Assembly (NCBI GenBank): GCA_043819945.1
Contig: JBDREH010000036.1
Coordinates: 82 to 64,081, forward strand
DNA: 64,000 nucleotides
Source: Bacillota bacterium
Lineage (GTDB): Bacteria; Bacillota_I; Bacilli_A; Acholeplasmatales; Acholeplasmataceae
Direction: 5' to 3'
The position numbers were made by a program, and so were the translations under genes. Shown one piece after another: positions 47,584 through 55,780 of this stretch (positions within the stretch are counted from its first letter, which is position 1; every line of letters begins with the position of its first letter). The notes beneath the pieces are model-generated. The model was not told where the DNA came from. It was given only the letters and a program-made list of their open reading frames with translations, and searched no databases.

Positions 47584-48504
47584 ATGGACGATAAGGGCTT
47601 TTTTCGTGAGATTATCGAATATTATTTGCAAAGATTCGATATCAAAGAGAACACCAAGCGTTCCTACGGGAAGATGCTTGCCCAGTACGCTGATTATGTT
47701 GATCGCTTGCCTAACCTACCAACCAGGCAAGATGTCATGGCTTATCGTGAACATCTCAAGTCCAGATTAAGAGCTTCATCCGTTCAAAAACACATTGTAG
47801 TGATAAGAGGTTTTTATCGATGGTACTACATTGAGGGATTTGGACCAAATGCAGCTGAAGGTGTTAAGGGTATGAAGATTGAGTCTGACTTTAAGAGAGA
47901 ATCACTTTCGCTTGAAGCAGCTACAAAACTATTAAACAGAGCGAAACGTTATGCAAGTAAGAGCATCATCGGAAAAAGAGATCATGCTCTGATCGCACTA
48001 CTATTAACAACCGGATTAAGAACAATTGAAGTTGAAAGAGCAGATGTCACAGATATCAGCTTCGTGGATGAAACTAAGGTGTTATACATCATGGGTAAAG
48101 GACACGATGAAAAAGATGCGTATGTCAAACTCTCACCAGAAGTCTATGGTTTAATCGAGGATTACTTGATTGAGCGACAAGACGAGTATAAACCACTCTT
48201 TATCAATCATACTAAACCCTACCTGGGAACAAGACTTAGAACACGAATGATTAGTATGGTGGTTAAGGAAATGTTACGTGAAATCGGGATTGATGATCCC
48301 AAATATTCTGCCCATAGCCTAAGGCATACAGCAGCTTCTTTAGCGCTGGATTTAGGTGGAGATTTAGATGCAGCACAACAATTAATGCGCCATAAAGACA
48401 TATCTACCACTAAAATCTATGCTCACAGGTTGAGCAAAGCAAAGAATCATCTAGAATGGCAGATTAGTACTGCGCTGTTTGGAACTACCAAAAAGAAAAA
48501 GTGA
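47584..48504 (+). CDS. Tyrosine recombinase (XerC/D-like)
   Basis: Catalytic set R (TGLRTIEV), K (GKG), HxxR (HSLRH), H (MRH), Y (TTKIY); N-terminal SAM-like domain. Confidence 0.92.
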   Translation: MDDKGFFREIIEYYLQRFDIKENTKRSYGKMLAQYADYVDRLPNLPTRQDVMAYREHLKSRLRASSVQKHIVVIRGFYRWYYIEGFGPNAAEGVKGMKIESDFKRESLSLEAATKLLNRAKRYASKSIIGKRDHALIALLLTTGLRTIEVERADVTDISFVDETKVLYIMGKGHDEKDAYVKLSPEVYGLIEDYLIERQDEYKPLFINHTKPYLGTRLRTRMISMVVKEMLREIGIDDPKYSAHSLRHTAASLALDLGGDLDAAQQLMRHKDISTTKIYAHRLSKAKNHLEWQISTALFGTTKKKK

Positions 48505-48515
48505 AGGGATAACCT

Positions 48516-49259
48516 ATGATTAGAGAGTTTGAACACAATGCCTATGGTAAGGTACGTGCCACGATTGTGGATGATGAGCCTTGCTTCAACCTTAAGGATC
48601 TCTGTCGCATGTTTGAAATAAAAAGCGTATCAGAAATCCGAACCAAACTGAACGACACCAGTATAAAGCTAGTGAGCGTTCCCCACGATAAAACGAATCA
48701 AAATATGTTTTTTGTAACTGCAGACCACCTATCAACCATATTCTTCCAATCCAAGCGCAAAGACGCAGAAGTGATTGGGGATTGGTTGTATCGCACAATT
48801 TTGCCTCTCTTGATCCGCTATGGTACTTATCAAATAGAAGATTTTGAGAATCCGGATAAGGTCATAGAGTTTTTAGATGAATTCCAAGAGCTGAAGGTAA
48901 GAGCAAACATCCTGGAAACAACACTAAAGATGAACACACCAAAAATCAAAGCGATTGATAATCTACTTGGTACAACAAGCTGTGTGGATTTGGATATGGT
49001 CCATGATGTGATCAAGTATAAGAATATCGGTAAAGATGTCTTATTAAAACTACTTAGAGCAACTCATGTCTTGGATGAACAGAATATTCCATTTCAAGAT
49101 TTTTGTGATAAGAAATTATTCAGAGTTGTAGAAGCGAAAGTGGTGTCTGGTGGAACAGTCATCAAATCAACCAAAACATACGTCTATAGAGGCGGTATAT
49201 CATTCATCGAAAGGATACTAAAAGAATACGATGGAAACAAACAACGGAAAGAAAAATGA
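48516..49259 (+). CDS. Phage antirepressor (BRO-N plus KilAC-like C-terminus)
   Basis: GKVRA..VDDEPCFNLKDLC BRO-N start; W....ILP.L.RYGTY; PKI...D.L...K..L..LR C-terminal part. Confidence 0.82.
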   Translation: MIREFEHNAYGKVRATIVDDEPCFNLKDLCRMFEIKSVSEIRTKLNDTSIKLVSVPHDKTNQNMFFVTADHLSTIFFQSKRKDAEVIGDWLYRTILPLLIRYGTYQIEDFENPDKVIEFLDEFQELKVRANILETTLKMNTPKIKAIDNLLGTTSCVDLDMVHDVIKYKNIGKDVLLKLLRATHVLDEQNIPFQDFCDKKLFRVVEAKVVSGGTVIKSTKTYVYRGGISFIERILKEYDGNKQRKEK

Positions 49260-49422
49260 GAATATCTATAGCATTAATGAGCTACAAGAGATACTCCAAG
49301 TTAAAAGACCGACTTTGCTTAAGTACATAAAGACCAAAAGAATCAAAGCATTCAAGGTTGGAAACCAATGGCGAGTGACTCAAGAACACTTAGATGAATT
49401 CATTCAGAAGAACATGAAGTAA
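49231..49422 (+). CDS. Excisionase-type HTH DNA-binding protein
   Basis: YSINELQEILQV...TLLKYIK.KRIKAFKVGNQWRV. Confidence 0.85.
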   Translation: METNNGKKNENIYSINELQEILQVKRPTLLKYIKTKRIKAFKVGNQWRVTQEHLDEFIQKNMK

Positions 49423-49447
49423 AGACAATTGTTAAGCCACTCCACCT

Positions 49448-49515
49448 TTACCGATAATGCTTGTGAACAGTAATGTGAACTACACACGAATATACTGCGA
49501 ACTGTATATCAAGTA
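49448..49515 (+). repeat. Copy 1 of duplicated intergenic hairpin motif
   Basis: ttaccgataatgcttgtgaacagtaatgtgaacta, 31/35 identical to 59957-59991; second block 49500-49515 is 14/16 identical to 60031-60046. Confidence 0.8.
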
Positions 49516-49597
49516 TGCGTGAAGTGGCTTTCAAGTGTCATTTAATAAAAGCCCTTATTGGGCGATTTTTAACTATACCTAGGGAAAGGAATAACTC

Positions 49598-50512
49598 ATG
49601 GCACGACCATTCAAACAAGGCTTACAATACTTTCCTCTCGACGTGAATATTTTTGAAGATGAAAAGATACAGGATCTCAATCTCGCATTTGGTTATTTGG
49701 GTGAAATCATCTACATAAGGTTACTTTCGATGATATACGCCAATGGATACTATTTGGAAAAATCAATCGCTTCACTCGCAAGGACACTCATGAAAAGTAT
49801 TGGTGCCAACTGGACACCAAACCCAATCGACATCGAAGAGGTCATTGTCTATTGTGGGAAAGTGGGTTTATTTAACTACGATCTACTTAAAGAAGATGTG
49901 ATCACATCAAAATCAATTCAAAAACAGTTCATTTTATCTACCAGAAGAAGAAAGAATACCGGTCAGGATAAATACTGGTTACTGGATGAAAAAACGATGT
50001 TGGAACTCAGTATTTTTAACAAAACATCAAAAAACATTAATGTTGACAATAATGAGGTTATTGATAACACAAATGGCGTTATTGGTAGCAATAATCAAGT
50101 TAATGCAGACAATAACCGAGTTAATGTCGACAAAAGTACACAAAAAGAAAAAGAAAAGAAAAAAGAAAGAAAAATTGATAAAGAGGATAAAGAAGATAAA
50201 GGGCCGTACGGCCTCCCTAAATTACATTTTATTACCAATTCTTTAATCAAAAACAAATACATCGATGAGTCATCTCTAGACATCATCAAATTTAACATCT
50301 TGTTTGAAGATTTAATCCATGGGTATGGATTTGAAGATGTCTTATCAGCGGTAGATTATGTGGTTAAGTATTCTAAGAACCCTAATCCACCCATAGAAGA
50401 TAAGTTTGCTTTCATGAGAGAGTCAGTTCAAACAAATTTAAAGCAATTTGAACACAGGAGGAAAACAGCCAATGAGTCATTCGAATCGTGGATTAAACGA
50501 ACCCTTCTATAA
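49598..50512 (+). CDS. Phage replication initiator (DUF4373-like N-terminus)
   Basis: MARPFKQGLQYFPLDV...D.KI..L....G..G..IY..LL..IY..GYY...ITSKSIQKQF; low-complexity linker containing iterons. Confidence 0.85.
   Translation: MARPFKQGLQYFPLDVNIFEDEKIQDLNLAFGYLGEIIYIRLLSMIYANGYYLEKSIASLARTLMKSIGANWTPNPIDIEEVIVYCGKVGLFNYDLLKEDVITSKSIQKQFILSTRRRKNTGQDKYWLLDEKTMLELSIFNKTSKNINVDNNEVIDNTNGVIGSNNQVNADNNRVNVDKSTQKEKEKKKERKIDKEDKEDKGPYGLPKLHFITNSLIKNKYIDESSLDIIKFNILFEDLIHGYGFEDVLSAVDYVVKYSKNPNPPIEDKFAFMRESVQTNLKQFEHRRKTANESFESWIKRTLL
50038..50142 (+). repeat. Five 21-bp tandem iterons within the initiator gene (probable origin)
   Basis: taatgttgacaataatgaggt / tattgataacacaaatggcgt / tattggtagcaataatcaagt / taatgcagacaataaccgagt / taatgtcgacaaaagtacaca, followed by an A-rich tract. 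Confidence 0.8.
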
Positions 50513-50903
50513 GTGGATTGATGATGTTAGAAGAGCGATGAGAAAAGAAAAAGAACTCCAGGAAAAGTTGGGGTTCTATAATATGAAGCTTATTGGGTAT
50601 AAAGGTGTTTCATATGATCGTATTGGATCTTCTGGTTCACGTTCTTCTGGAGATAGTGAGTTGTTGTTTTGGATGGATAAAATAGATAAAACTGAAAAGC
50701 GAATTACACTTAATAATCATGTCATTAACGAGTTTAAGTCATTTGCTCAAAAATTGAATATTACAGAATCAGACATTATTAACGAGTTAGTTTTCAAAGG
50801 TATAATCAATATAGACTCACCCAAAATATCAAAATCAAATCGCTATCAAATCATCAATTCAATTTCGGTAAAACTGTTAAAAAAGAATCACATTACTCAA
50901 TAG
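50472..50903 (+). CDS. Hypothetical phage protein, possibly ArpU/RinA-like late regulator
   Basis: AGGAGG RBS gives ATG 50472; coiled coil with GVSYDRIGSSGS reminiscent of the ArpU linker; last early gene by position. Confidence 0.45.
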   Translation: MSHSNRGLNEPFYKWIDDVRRAMRKEKELQEKLGFYNMKLIGYKGVSYDRIGSSGSRSSGDSELLFWMDKIDKTEKRITLNNHVINEFKSFAQKLNITESDIINELVFKGIINIDSPKISKSNRYQIINSISVKLLKKNHITQ

Positions 50904-50926
50904 ATATAACTAAATCAGAAAACTCC

Positions 50927-50955
50927 TTCGAAAAATGCCAAAAAAATGGTAAAAT
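50927..50955 (+). promoter_or_regulatory. Own promoter of the defence cassette
   Basis: TTCGAA(50927-32)-17-TAAAAT(50950-55) with TG extension. Confidence 0.6.
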
Positions 50956-50990
50956 AAAAAAAGAGTTACTCGATTTTAGGAGGGAAATTT

Positions 50991-52874
50991 ATGATAAAAG
51001 ACATAATAGAGGCTAATAAGAGTCTGGATCCGATTAATGATAAAATAAAGCAATTAAAGGAAATTTTTCCTGGTGCTTTCCAAGGACAAATGATAGATCT
51101 GGAATATATTAAAAATCAACTGAAAGAAACCAGAGTGACAAAAGAAGGATATGAGCTGAATTTTTTAGGAAAATCATATGCTAAGTTGCTAGCTGCTTTA
51201 GAAACTGAAACTGTAATTGAACCAAATCAAACGCATAATAATTTAATTGAAAATAGTAACAGTCAAAACGTTTTTATTTCTGCAGATAATCTAGATGCCT
51301 TAAAGCATTTATTGAATTCATATTGGAGAACGATCAAAGCAATCTACATCGATCCACCATATAACACTGGATCTGATGGCTTTGTCTATAATGACTCATT
51401 CTCTTTTTCAAAAGAAATGTTAATAGAGAAATTAGGGATAAGTGATGAGGAAGCTGAAAGAGTGGTTGAATTAACAAATTCAGGGAGTTCATCACATTCT
51501 GCATGGTTAACATTTATGTATCCAAGGCTTTATTTAGCGAGACAACTTCTTCGTGACGATGGTATTATTTTCATATCAATAGATGACCATGAACAAGCAA
51601 ATTTACGTATTCTTTGTGATGACATATTTGGTGATACAAACTTTCTAGCAAATATAACTCGCGCAACTGGAACACCAACTGGTGGAGGATTTGAAGCATT
51701 TGTAAATGAAGTAGATTATTGCTTAGTCTATGCAAAGGACATTAACCAAATACGTATATCTGGGCTTGCAATGAGCGATGAAGATGCAAAAATATATAAT
51801 CAACAAGATGAAAAAGGCAGATATCTAACCAGAACACTTCGACGAACTGGCGGGGAAGATAGACGTGAAGACCGACCAACTATGTATTATGCTATTAAAT
51901 CTCCGGAGGGAACTGATATTTATCCTATTGGACCAAGTGGATATGAAAGCAGATGGATTTGTGGATCAGATAAGTACAATGAGCTTCTTGAAGATGGATT
52001 AATAGAGTGGAAAAAAGTTGATGATCAGTGGAGTGTGTATCAAAAGTTCTATTTAGAAGGTAGACAAAAGCAACCAGGTAACTTATGGACTGATATTGAA
52101 GGTAATAAGAAAGCCACAAGACAAATTAGAACTCTTTTTGATTCCATGAAAGTATTTGAAACAGCAAAACCACTTGAGTTTATAACTAAAATAATAGAGC
52201 TTAGTTGCCAAGATGGTGATTATATTTTGGATTTTTTTGCTGGATCAGCAACTACTGCACATGCTGTTATGAAAACAAATTCAGAAAAGAATTGGAACTT
52301 AAAATATATACTTGTTCAACTTGATGAAACTGTTAGACAAGGTAGCGATGCTGAAAGAGCTGGATATTCTACAATAGATCAAATTGGTTTTGATAGAATC
52401 ATTAAATCATCAAAACTTGTATCTCAAGAAAACTTGCTTTCCGTAGCTGATTATGGATTTAAGCATTTTAAGGTAAAAAATGTTACATCTAATCAACTTT
52501 CGAAACTTGATTCATTTGTACCCATTGATCTTTTTGATGAAAGAGGTGTACTTGGTGAGTTTGGACTAGATACAGTACTTACAACTTGGGTAAATCTTGA
52601 TGGTTATGGACTTTCAAAAACATGGACTAAAATCGATTTATCGAGTTACGAAGCTTACCAAATGGAAAATACTATTTACCTTCTTAATTCTAATTTAACA
52701 AATAAAGCAGTTAAAACATTGCTGGAGAAATTTGAAGATGAAAATTTCACCTGCAACAAAATTATACTTTTTGGATATTCGTTTGGTATGAGTGAAATAC
52801 AGTCTGTTAAGGATAACTTAAAGCAAGTTGAAGGTATAAAACATATCACACTTGATATTATAGTTAGGTACTGA
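50991..52874 (+). CDS. mod: Type III restriction-modification methyltransferase (Mod)
   Basis: ELNFLGKSYA, DNLDALKHL, IYIDPPYNTG, WLTFMYPRL, DFFAGSATTAHA. Confidence 0.93.
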   Translation: MIKDIIEANKSLDPINDKIKQLKEIFPGAFQGQMIDLEYIKNQLKETRVTKEGYELNFLGKSYAKLLAALETETVIEPNQTHNNLIENSNSQNVFISADNLDALKHLLNSYWRTIKAIYIDPPYNTGSDGFVYNDSFSFSKEMLIEKLGISDEEAERVVELTNSGSSSHSAWLTFMYPRLYLARQLLRDDGIIFISIDDHEQANLRILCDDIFGDTNFLANITRATGTPTGGGFEAFVNEVDYCLVYAKDINQIRISGLAMSDEDAKIYNQQDEKGRYLTRTLRRTGGEDRREDRPTMYYAIKSPEGTDIYPIGPSGYESRWICGSDKYNELLEDGLIEWKKVDDQWSVYQKFYLEGRQKQPGNLWTDIEGNKKATRQIRTLFDSMKVFETAKPLEFITKIIELSCQDGDYILDFFAGSATTAHAVMKTNSEKNWNLKYILVQLDETVRQGSDAERAGYSTIDQIGFDRIIKSSKLVSQENLLSVADYGFKHFKVKNVTSNQLSKLDSFVPIDLFDERGVLGEFGLDTVLTTWVNLDGYGLSKTWTKIDLSSYEAYQMENTIYLLNSNLTNKAVKTLLEKFEDENFTCNKIILFGYSFGMSEIQSVKDNLKQVEGIKHITLDIIVRY

Positions 52875-52876
52875 TT

Positions 52877-55780
52877 ATGGGGTTAATTTTAGAAAAAGGA
52901 TTAAAACATCAAGTAAATGCATTAATTGCCCTTAACAGGGTTTTTCGTGATGTAGATATAAAAAAAGGATCTAAATCCTTCGCAAATCCTTTAATTGACA
53001 TTGAATCTGTAAATCTGAGAAGGAATTTACTGGATTTGAAAAAAGGGCTTCCTTATCAAAATGAGAATAGCAACATAATTGATGATTATTTAAATATTGA
53101 TATAAAAATGGAAACTGGAACTGGGAAAACTTATGTATATACACAATCCGTTTTTGAGTTACATCGAAATTATGGTATAACTAAGTTTATTATTCTTGTA
53201 CCATCTGTTGCTATTAAATTAGGAACAATCAATTTTATTAATTCAAGTGAGACTAGACGGCACTTTAGAGAAATGTATGGAACAGAGATTGATCTTTCTA
53301 TACTCGATGCTAAGAAAAATAAGAAAGAAATTTTTCCCAATGCAATTCGAGAATTTGTCTCTGCATCAGGTTTAATTAAGAATCAGATTAGTGTTCTTGT
53401 CATAAATAATGTTGTGTCACAAAGTTCGTTAACAAAAAACTATTCAAGTGGAGTTGAGGGATTTTATAACCCAATTGATGCTTTAAAAGCTACTAAGCCA
53501 TTTATCATCATTGATGAACCACACAGATTTGGCAAAGATCAAAAAACATTCAACTTTCTACAGGACAGAATAAAACCACAATGTATTATTCGTTTTGGTG
53601 CTACTTTTCCAGAACTTAAAGGTGGGAAGAAAGATTATCATAATCTAGTATATAATCTGAGTAGTTGTGATTCATTCAATCAAAACCTAATCAAAGGTGT
53701 AAGTGTCACACCTTTGGAAACACCTAATGGAACCAATGTTAAGTTAAAACTTAAGTCTGTTGTTAGTAAAACTTCAGCATCTTTTGAAATCAATAACACC
53801 GGTAGAAAACGCGATATTAGTATCGAGTTTAAAAAAGGTGATTCATTAGGTCTAGCCTTTGATGCATTTGCTGGACTGAATATTGATGGTATTGGTAAGA
53901 ATTTTATTGAATTATCAAATGGTCTTTTATTAAATGTCGGGCAAGAGATATTTGCTGACATTTATGATAAGTCATATCAGGAAAGCATGATTGATGTTGC
54001 ACTAGATTCACATTTTTCAACTGAAAAAAAGAATTTTTGCAGACGAGATCAAATTAAAACAATCGCGTTATTTTTTATTGATGATATTTCATCTTATCGA
54101 GGATCGACCGATCGAACACCGTACTTAAGAGAGTATTTTGAAAGTGCATTAATAGCGAAAACCAAAGAAGAAATCGCAATAATCGATAATGGCATACCTA
54201 GAGAAGTAGAATACAAAAAATTCCTTGAAGATTCATTAAAAGACATTTCAGCTACACATGGAGGATATTTCTCACAAGACAACAGTGATAAAGAGTTTGA
54301 AGAAGAAATTGAAAAAATCCTCAAAAAGAAGGAAGAAACTATTTCATTGAAATATGCTAATGGGAAATATAATACTTTTAGATTCATATTTTCTAAGTGG
54401 ACCCTAAAAGAAGGTTGGGATAATCCTAATGTATTTACAATAGCAAAAATCAGGTCAAGTGGAAGCGAAATTTCTAAAATACAGGAAGTTGGACGAGGTC
54501 TAAGATTACCAGTAAACAGTTCATTTTCTCGTGTTTCAAATGAGCAGTTCTATCTGAATTATATCGTTGATTTTACTGAAAAGAACTTTGCACAAAGACT
54601 TATAGATGAAATTAATGGAGATCTTCTTGAGCAACTGACACTTATGGAAGATGTTGTCAAAAAAGTTGCTAAAGATTCAGGCATGTCTTACTTTGGTTTC
54701 ATGGATTTTCTTGTCAAAAATAATTTTATTAATGAGGATCGGGTTGTTAATACAGAAAAAAGAGACGATCTTTTCGCATTATATCCTGATCTTATGATTG
54801 GACTAGCAAGTGGTAAGATTGTAACAACTCCGCCAAAGGCTATTATGCATGAAGTTAAAATTGATAAGACCAACTATCTGAAACTAAAAGATTTATGGAA
54901 GTCTCTTAATTCTAAATACTTTATAACATATCTACCATTAAAAGATGATGAGATAGTTAAGGCGTTATTAGGCATCCTTAAGGACGGTATTGAGAAAAAA
55001 GTTGAAGTTGTTGCAACCACTAAAACAGTTATGTTCAACTTGCTTGATGCAAACCTTGAAGATGGAGCGCAACGAACATATTCGTCAGAAGAAACTATGA
55101 AATATAATGAATTTTTAATGAGAGTAAATAAGTCAACTAGCATACCTCTTAAGTTAATTCATCACTCATTTGTCGAGTATTACAAATTATATCCTTTCAA
55201 GGGTACGCTATTCAATAGAGCATCACTGACATTTTTTGTTATGAAGATTATTGAGTGGAAAAAGGGTACATTGTTTGGTAAGTTTAAGTATGAAAAAATG
55301 GGATTAGAACCAAGTGATACAAGCATTAACGATAAGAACTGGAATTCGCACAAAACTATTACACAAGGTTTACTCGGACGTTTATATGATAAAAATAGTA
55401 AGCCACCCATAAATTATCTATATGATTTATGTGTATATGATTCAAAGATTGAGAAAGACAATATACAATCAGATGTTCAAGGAGTTGAAGTTTTCGGGAA
55501 AATTCCAAAAGGTAGTATTCGTATACCTGTAATTAATGGAGGTTCTTATAGTCCCGATTTTATGTATGTAGTTAAAAGAAATGGTGAAGTATCTGAGCTA
55601 AACTTAGTTATAGAATCTAAAGGTTACGATAAGGCAGAAGATATACCCGTAGACGAACTATTTAAAATCAAATGTGCAGAGGTGTTTTTTAAGCAACTTG
55701 AAAGTGATGGGGTAAAAGTTGAATTTAAAACTCAAATAAATGCAGATAAAATGTATAATATTATTAGGGGGTTGATGTGA
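52877..55780 (+). CDS. res: Type III restriction endonuclease (Res)
   Basis: IKMETGTGKT, DEPH, FSKWTLKEGWDNPNVF, QEVGRGLRLPV, C-terminal YSPDF...VIESKG nuclease. Confidence 0.93.
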   Translation: MGLILEKGLKHQVNALIALNRVFRDVDIKKGSKSFANPLIDIESVNLRRNLLDLKKGLPYQNENSNIIDDYLNIDIKMETGTGKTYVYTQSVFELHRNYGITKFIILVPSVAIKLGTINFINSSETRRHFREMYGTEIDLSILDAKKNKKEIFPNAIREFVSASGLIKNQISVLVINNVVSQSSLTKNYSSGVEGFYNPIDALKATKPFIIIDEPHRFGKDQKTFNFLQDRIKPQCIIRFGATFPELKGGKKDYHNLVYNLSSCDSFNQNLIKGVSVTPLETPNGTNVKLKLKSVVSKTSASFEINNTGRKRDISIEFKKGDSLGLAFDAFAGLNIDGIGKNFIELSNGLLLNVGQEIFADIYDKSYQESMIDVALDSHFSTEKKNFCRRDQIKTIALFFIDDISSYRGSTDRTPYLREYFESALIAKTKEEIAIIDNGIPREVEYKKFLEDSLKDISATHGGYFSQDNSDKEFEEEIEKILKKKEETISLKYANGKYNTFRFIFSKWTLKEGWDNPNVFTIAKIRSSGSEISKIQEVGRGLRLPVNSSFSRVSNEQFYLNYIVDFTEKNFAQRLIDEINGDLLEQLTLMEDVVKKVAKDSGMSYFGFMDFLVKNNFINEDRVVNTEKRDDLFALYPDLMIGLASGKIVTTPPKAIMHEVKIDKTNYLKLKDLWKSLNSKYFITYLPLKDDEIVKALLGILKDGIEKKVEVVATTKTVMFNLLDANLEDGAQRTYSSEETMKYNEFLMRVNKSTSIPLKLIHHSFVEYYKLYPFKGTLFNRASLTFFVMKIIEWKKGTLFGKFKYEKMGLEPSDTSINDKNWNSHKTITQGLLGRLYDKNSKPPINYLYDLCVYDSKIEKDNIQSDVQGVEVFGKIPKGSIRIPVINGGSYSPDFMYVVKRNGEVSELNLVIESKGYDKAEDIPVDELFKIKCAEVFFKQLESDGVKVEFKTQINADKMYNIIRGLM

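Noticed and set aside
50038-50142. CRISPR array
   Set aside because: Repeats are tandem, degenerate, in-frame within a CDS and lack spacers; no cas genes. No CRISPR array seen anywhere in the window.
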